A stretch of 26,013 bases of DNA from Candidatus Velthaea sp. (GTDB lineage: Bacteria > Vulcanimicrobiota > Vulcanimicrobiia > Vulcanimicrobiales > Vulcanimicrobiaceae): assembly GCA_050012475.1 (NCBI GenBank), contig JBEKHC010000076.1, positions 1 through 26,013 of the forward strand. The letters run 5' to 3'. The notes beneath the pieces were generated by a model that searched no databases, was not told where the DNA came from, and saw only the letters and a list, made by a program, of their open reading frames with translations. The first letter of the stretch is position 1, and each line of letters starts with the position of its first letter. The position numbers and the translations under genes were made by a program. Positions 24,899 through 26,013 of the stretch are shown one piece after another.

Positions 24899-25834
24899 TT
24901 GACGGAAGCCGCTTTGGAACGACCAGCAACCCTTGAGCGTGCCGAGGCGGTGCGCGCGTTCAATCGCTTTTATACGCGCAAGATCGGCGCGCTGCACGAA
25001 CACTTGTTGCGCAGCGAGTTCTCGCTCACCGAGGCGCGCGTGCTGTACGAGCTCGCACATCGCCCAGCCCCGACGACCGCTGAACTCGGCCGCGATCTCG
25101 AGCTCAACGCAGGGTATCTCAGCCGCATCACTGCAGGCTTCGAGAGCCGCGGCTTGGTTTCCAAGACGCGGTGCGCGAACGACGGCCGCGCCGTGGCGCT
25201 GGGTCTTACCAAGAAAGGCCGCCGAGTATTCGAGTTGCTGAACGCGGCCTCGCGCGACGAGGTGGCCGCGCTGCTCGATTCGCTGTCGGTTGTCGAGCAG
25301 CAGCAGCTCGTCGATGCGATGGCTCAGATCGTGGCGCTGCTCTCTGCGCCCTCTCCGGCCTACCTTTTGCGCGAACCGCACAGCGGCGACCTGGGTTGGA
25401 TCGTTCATCGCAACGGCGTCCTGTACGCGCTCGAATACGGCTGGGATTGGACGTTCGAGGCGCTCGTCGCCGAGATCGTCGCTGCATTCGTGCGCAGCTT
25501 CGATCGTTCGCGCGAGCGTTGCTGGATCGCCGAGAAAGACGGCAACGTGGCCGGTTCCGTCTTTCTCGTTCGGCACGACGACGACGCGGCGAAACTGCGC
25601 GTGCTCTACGTCGAGCCCAGCGCGCGCGGTTTAGGCATCGGCGGGCGCCTCGTCGACGAATGCATCCGCTTCGCTAAATTCGCCGGCTATCGCAAACTGC
25701 TGCTCTGGACCAACAGCGTGTTGGTCGACGCCCGCCGGTTATACGAGAAGTCCGGCTTTGTGCTCGTTGCCGAAGAACCGCATCACAGCTTCGGCAAGGA
25801 TCTCGTCGGACAAACCTGGGAACGGGCGCTCTAA
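24899..25834 (+). CDS. Bifunctional MarR-type HTH regulator / GNAT acetyltransferase
   Basis: VRAFNRFYT, SLTEARVLYEL and AGYLSRI in the HTH part. GDLGWIVHRNGVLYALEYGW, AKLRVLYVEPSARGLGIG and LYEKSGF in the GNAT part. Confidence 0.95.
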   Translation: MTEAALERPATLERAEAVRAFNRFYTRKIGALHEHLLRSEFSLTEARVLYELAHRPAPTTAELGRDLELNAGYLSRITAGFESRGLVSKTRCANDGRAVALGLTKKGRRVFELLNAASRDEVAALLDSLSVVEQQQLVDAMAQIVALLSAPSPAYLLREPHSGDLGWIVHRNGVLYALEYGWDWTFEALVAEIVAAFVRSFDRSRERCWIAEKDGNVAGSVFLVRHDDDAAKLRVLYVEPSARGLGIGGRLVDECIRFAKFAGYRKLLLWTNSVLVDARRLYEKSGFVLVAEEPHHSFGKDLVGQTWERAL

Positions 25835-25870
25835 CGCGACCGCGCCGAAGCGACGGGCGGAAACGCGACG

Positions 25871-25889
25871 GGCTGCGCTTAGCGCAGCC
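25871..25889. terminator. Hairpin between convergent genes
   Basis: GGCTGCGC-TTA-GCGCAGCC, with no clear U tract. Confidence 0.4.
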
Positions 25890-25896
25890 TTCTAGG

Positions 25897-26013
25897 CTAG
25901 AGCAAGCCGAGTTTGCAAGCGCTGCGGTCACGGGGAACCGGATACGAGCCGGACGCGATCGTGTCGACGTAGTCCCATTGGTCCTTCATCGCGGACTTCG
26001 CCTTGCCCGCGAG
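25897..26013 (-). CDS. C-terminal fragment, probably a branched-chain amino acid-type ABC transporter substrate-binding protein (5'-partial)
   Basis: Hand translation LAGKAKSAMKDQWDYVDTIASGSYPVPRDRSACKLGLL-stop resembles the K..WDY...S.C.L C-termini of LivK-like proteins. Only 38 aa are visible. Confidence 0.5.
   Translation of the reverse strand, partial: LAGKAKSAMKDQWDYVDTIASGSYPVPRDRSACKLGLL

Overview
A GC-rich bacterial chromosomal segment, gene-dense, with no rRNA, tRNA, CRISPR array, transposase or integrase visible. Several small and secreted protein families, plus a Gram-positive-type SOS box, suggest a Terrabacteria lineage, possibly Eremiobacterota/Vulcanimicrobiota (inference from recall, not verified). 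In order: 5'-truncated metallo-beta-lactamase-fold hydrolase; small acidic protein; secreted prolyl oligopeptidase; HNH-like protein; tandem AdnAB-like UvrD helicase/PD-(D/E)XK nuclease pair; an unannotated 49-aa gene and two secreted proteins; an operon of cupredoxin, Tat-like metallophosphoesterase, ECF sigma and anti-sigma; ExoX-like DEDDh exonuclease; 88-aa hypothetical; degenerate split-HNH zinc protein preceded by a LexA box; GNAT, glgP and a mutarotase-like gene; divergent MFS/MarR pair; a paralog of the small acidic protein; MarR-GNAT fusion; 3' end of a probable ABC substrate-binding protein. Best leads: (i) an AdnAB-like pair with a four-Cys nuclease and Walker A/B motifs in both subunits; (ii) a probably SOS-controlled pseudo-HNH; (iii) an ECF regulon with a repeated TCATCY-N16/17-CGTACT promoter and a switch-like structured RNA; (iv) two small paralogs 23 kb apart that share an upstream motif.
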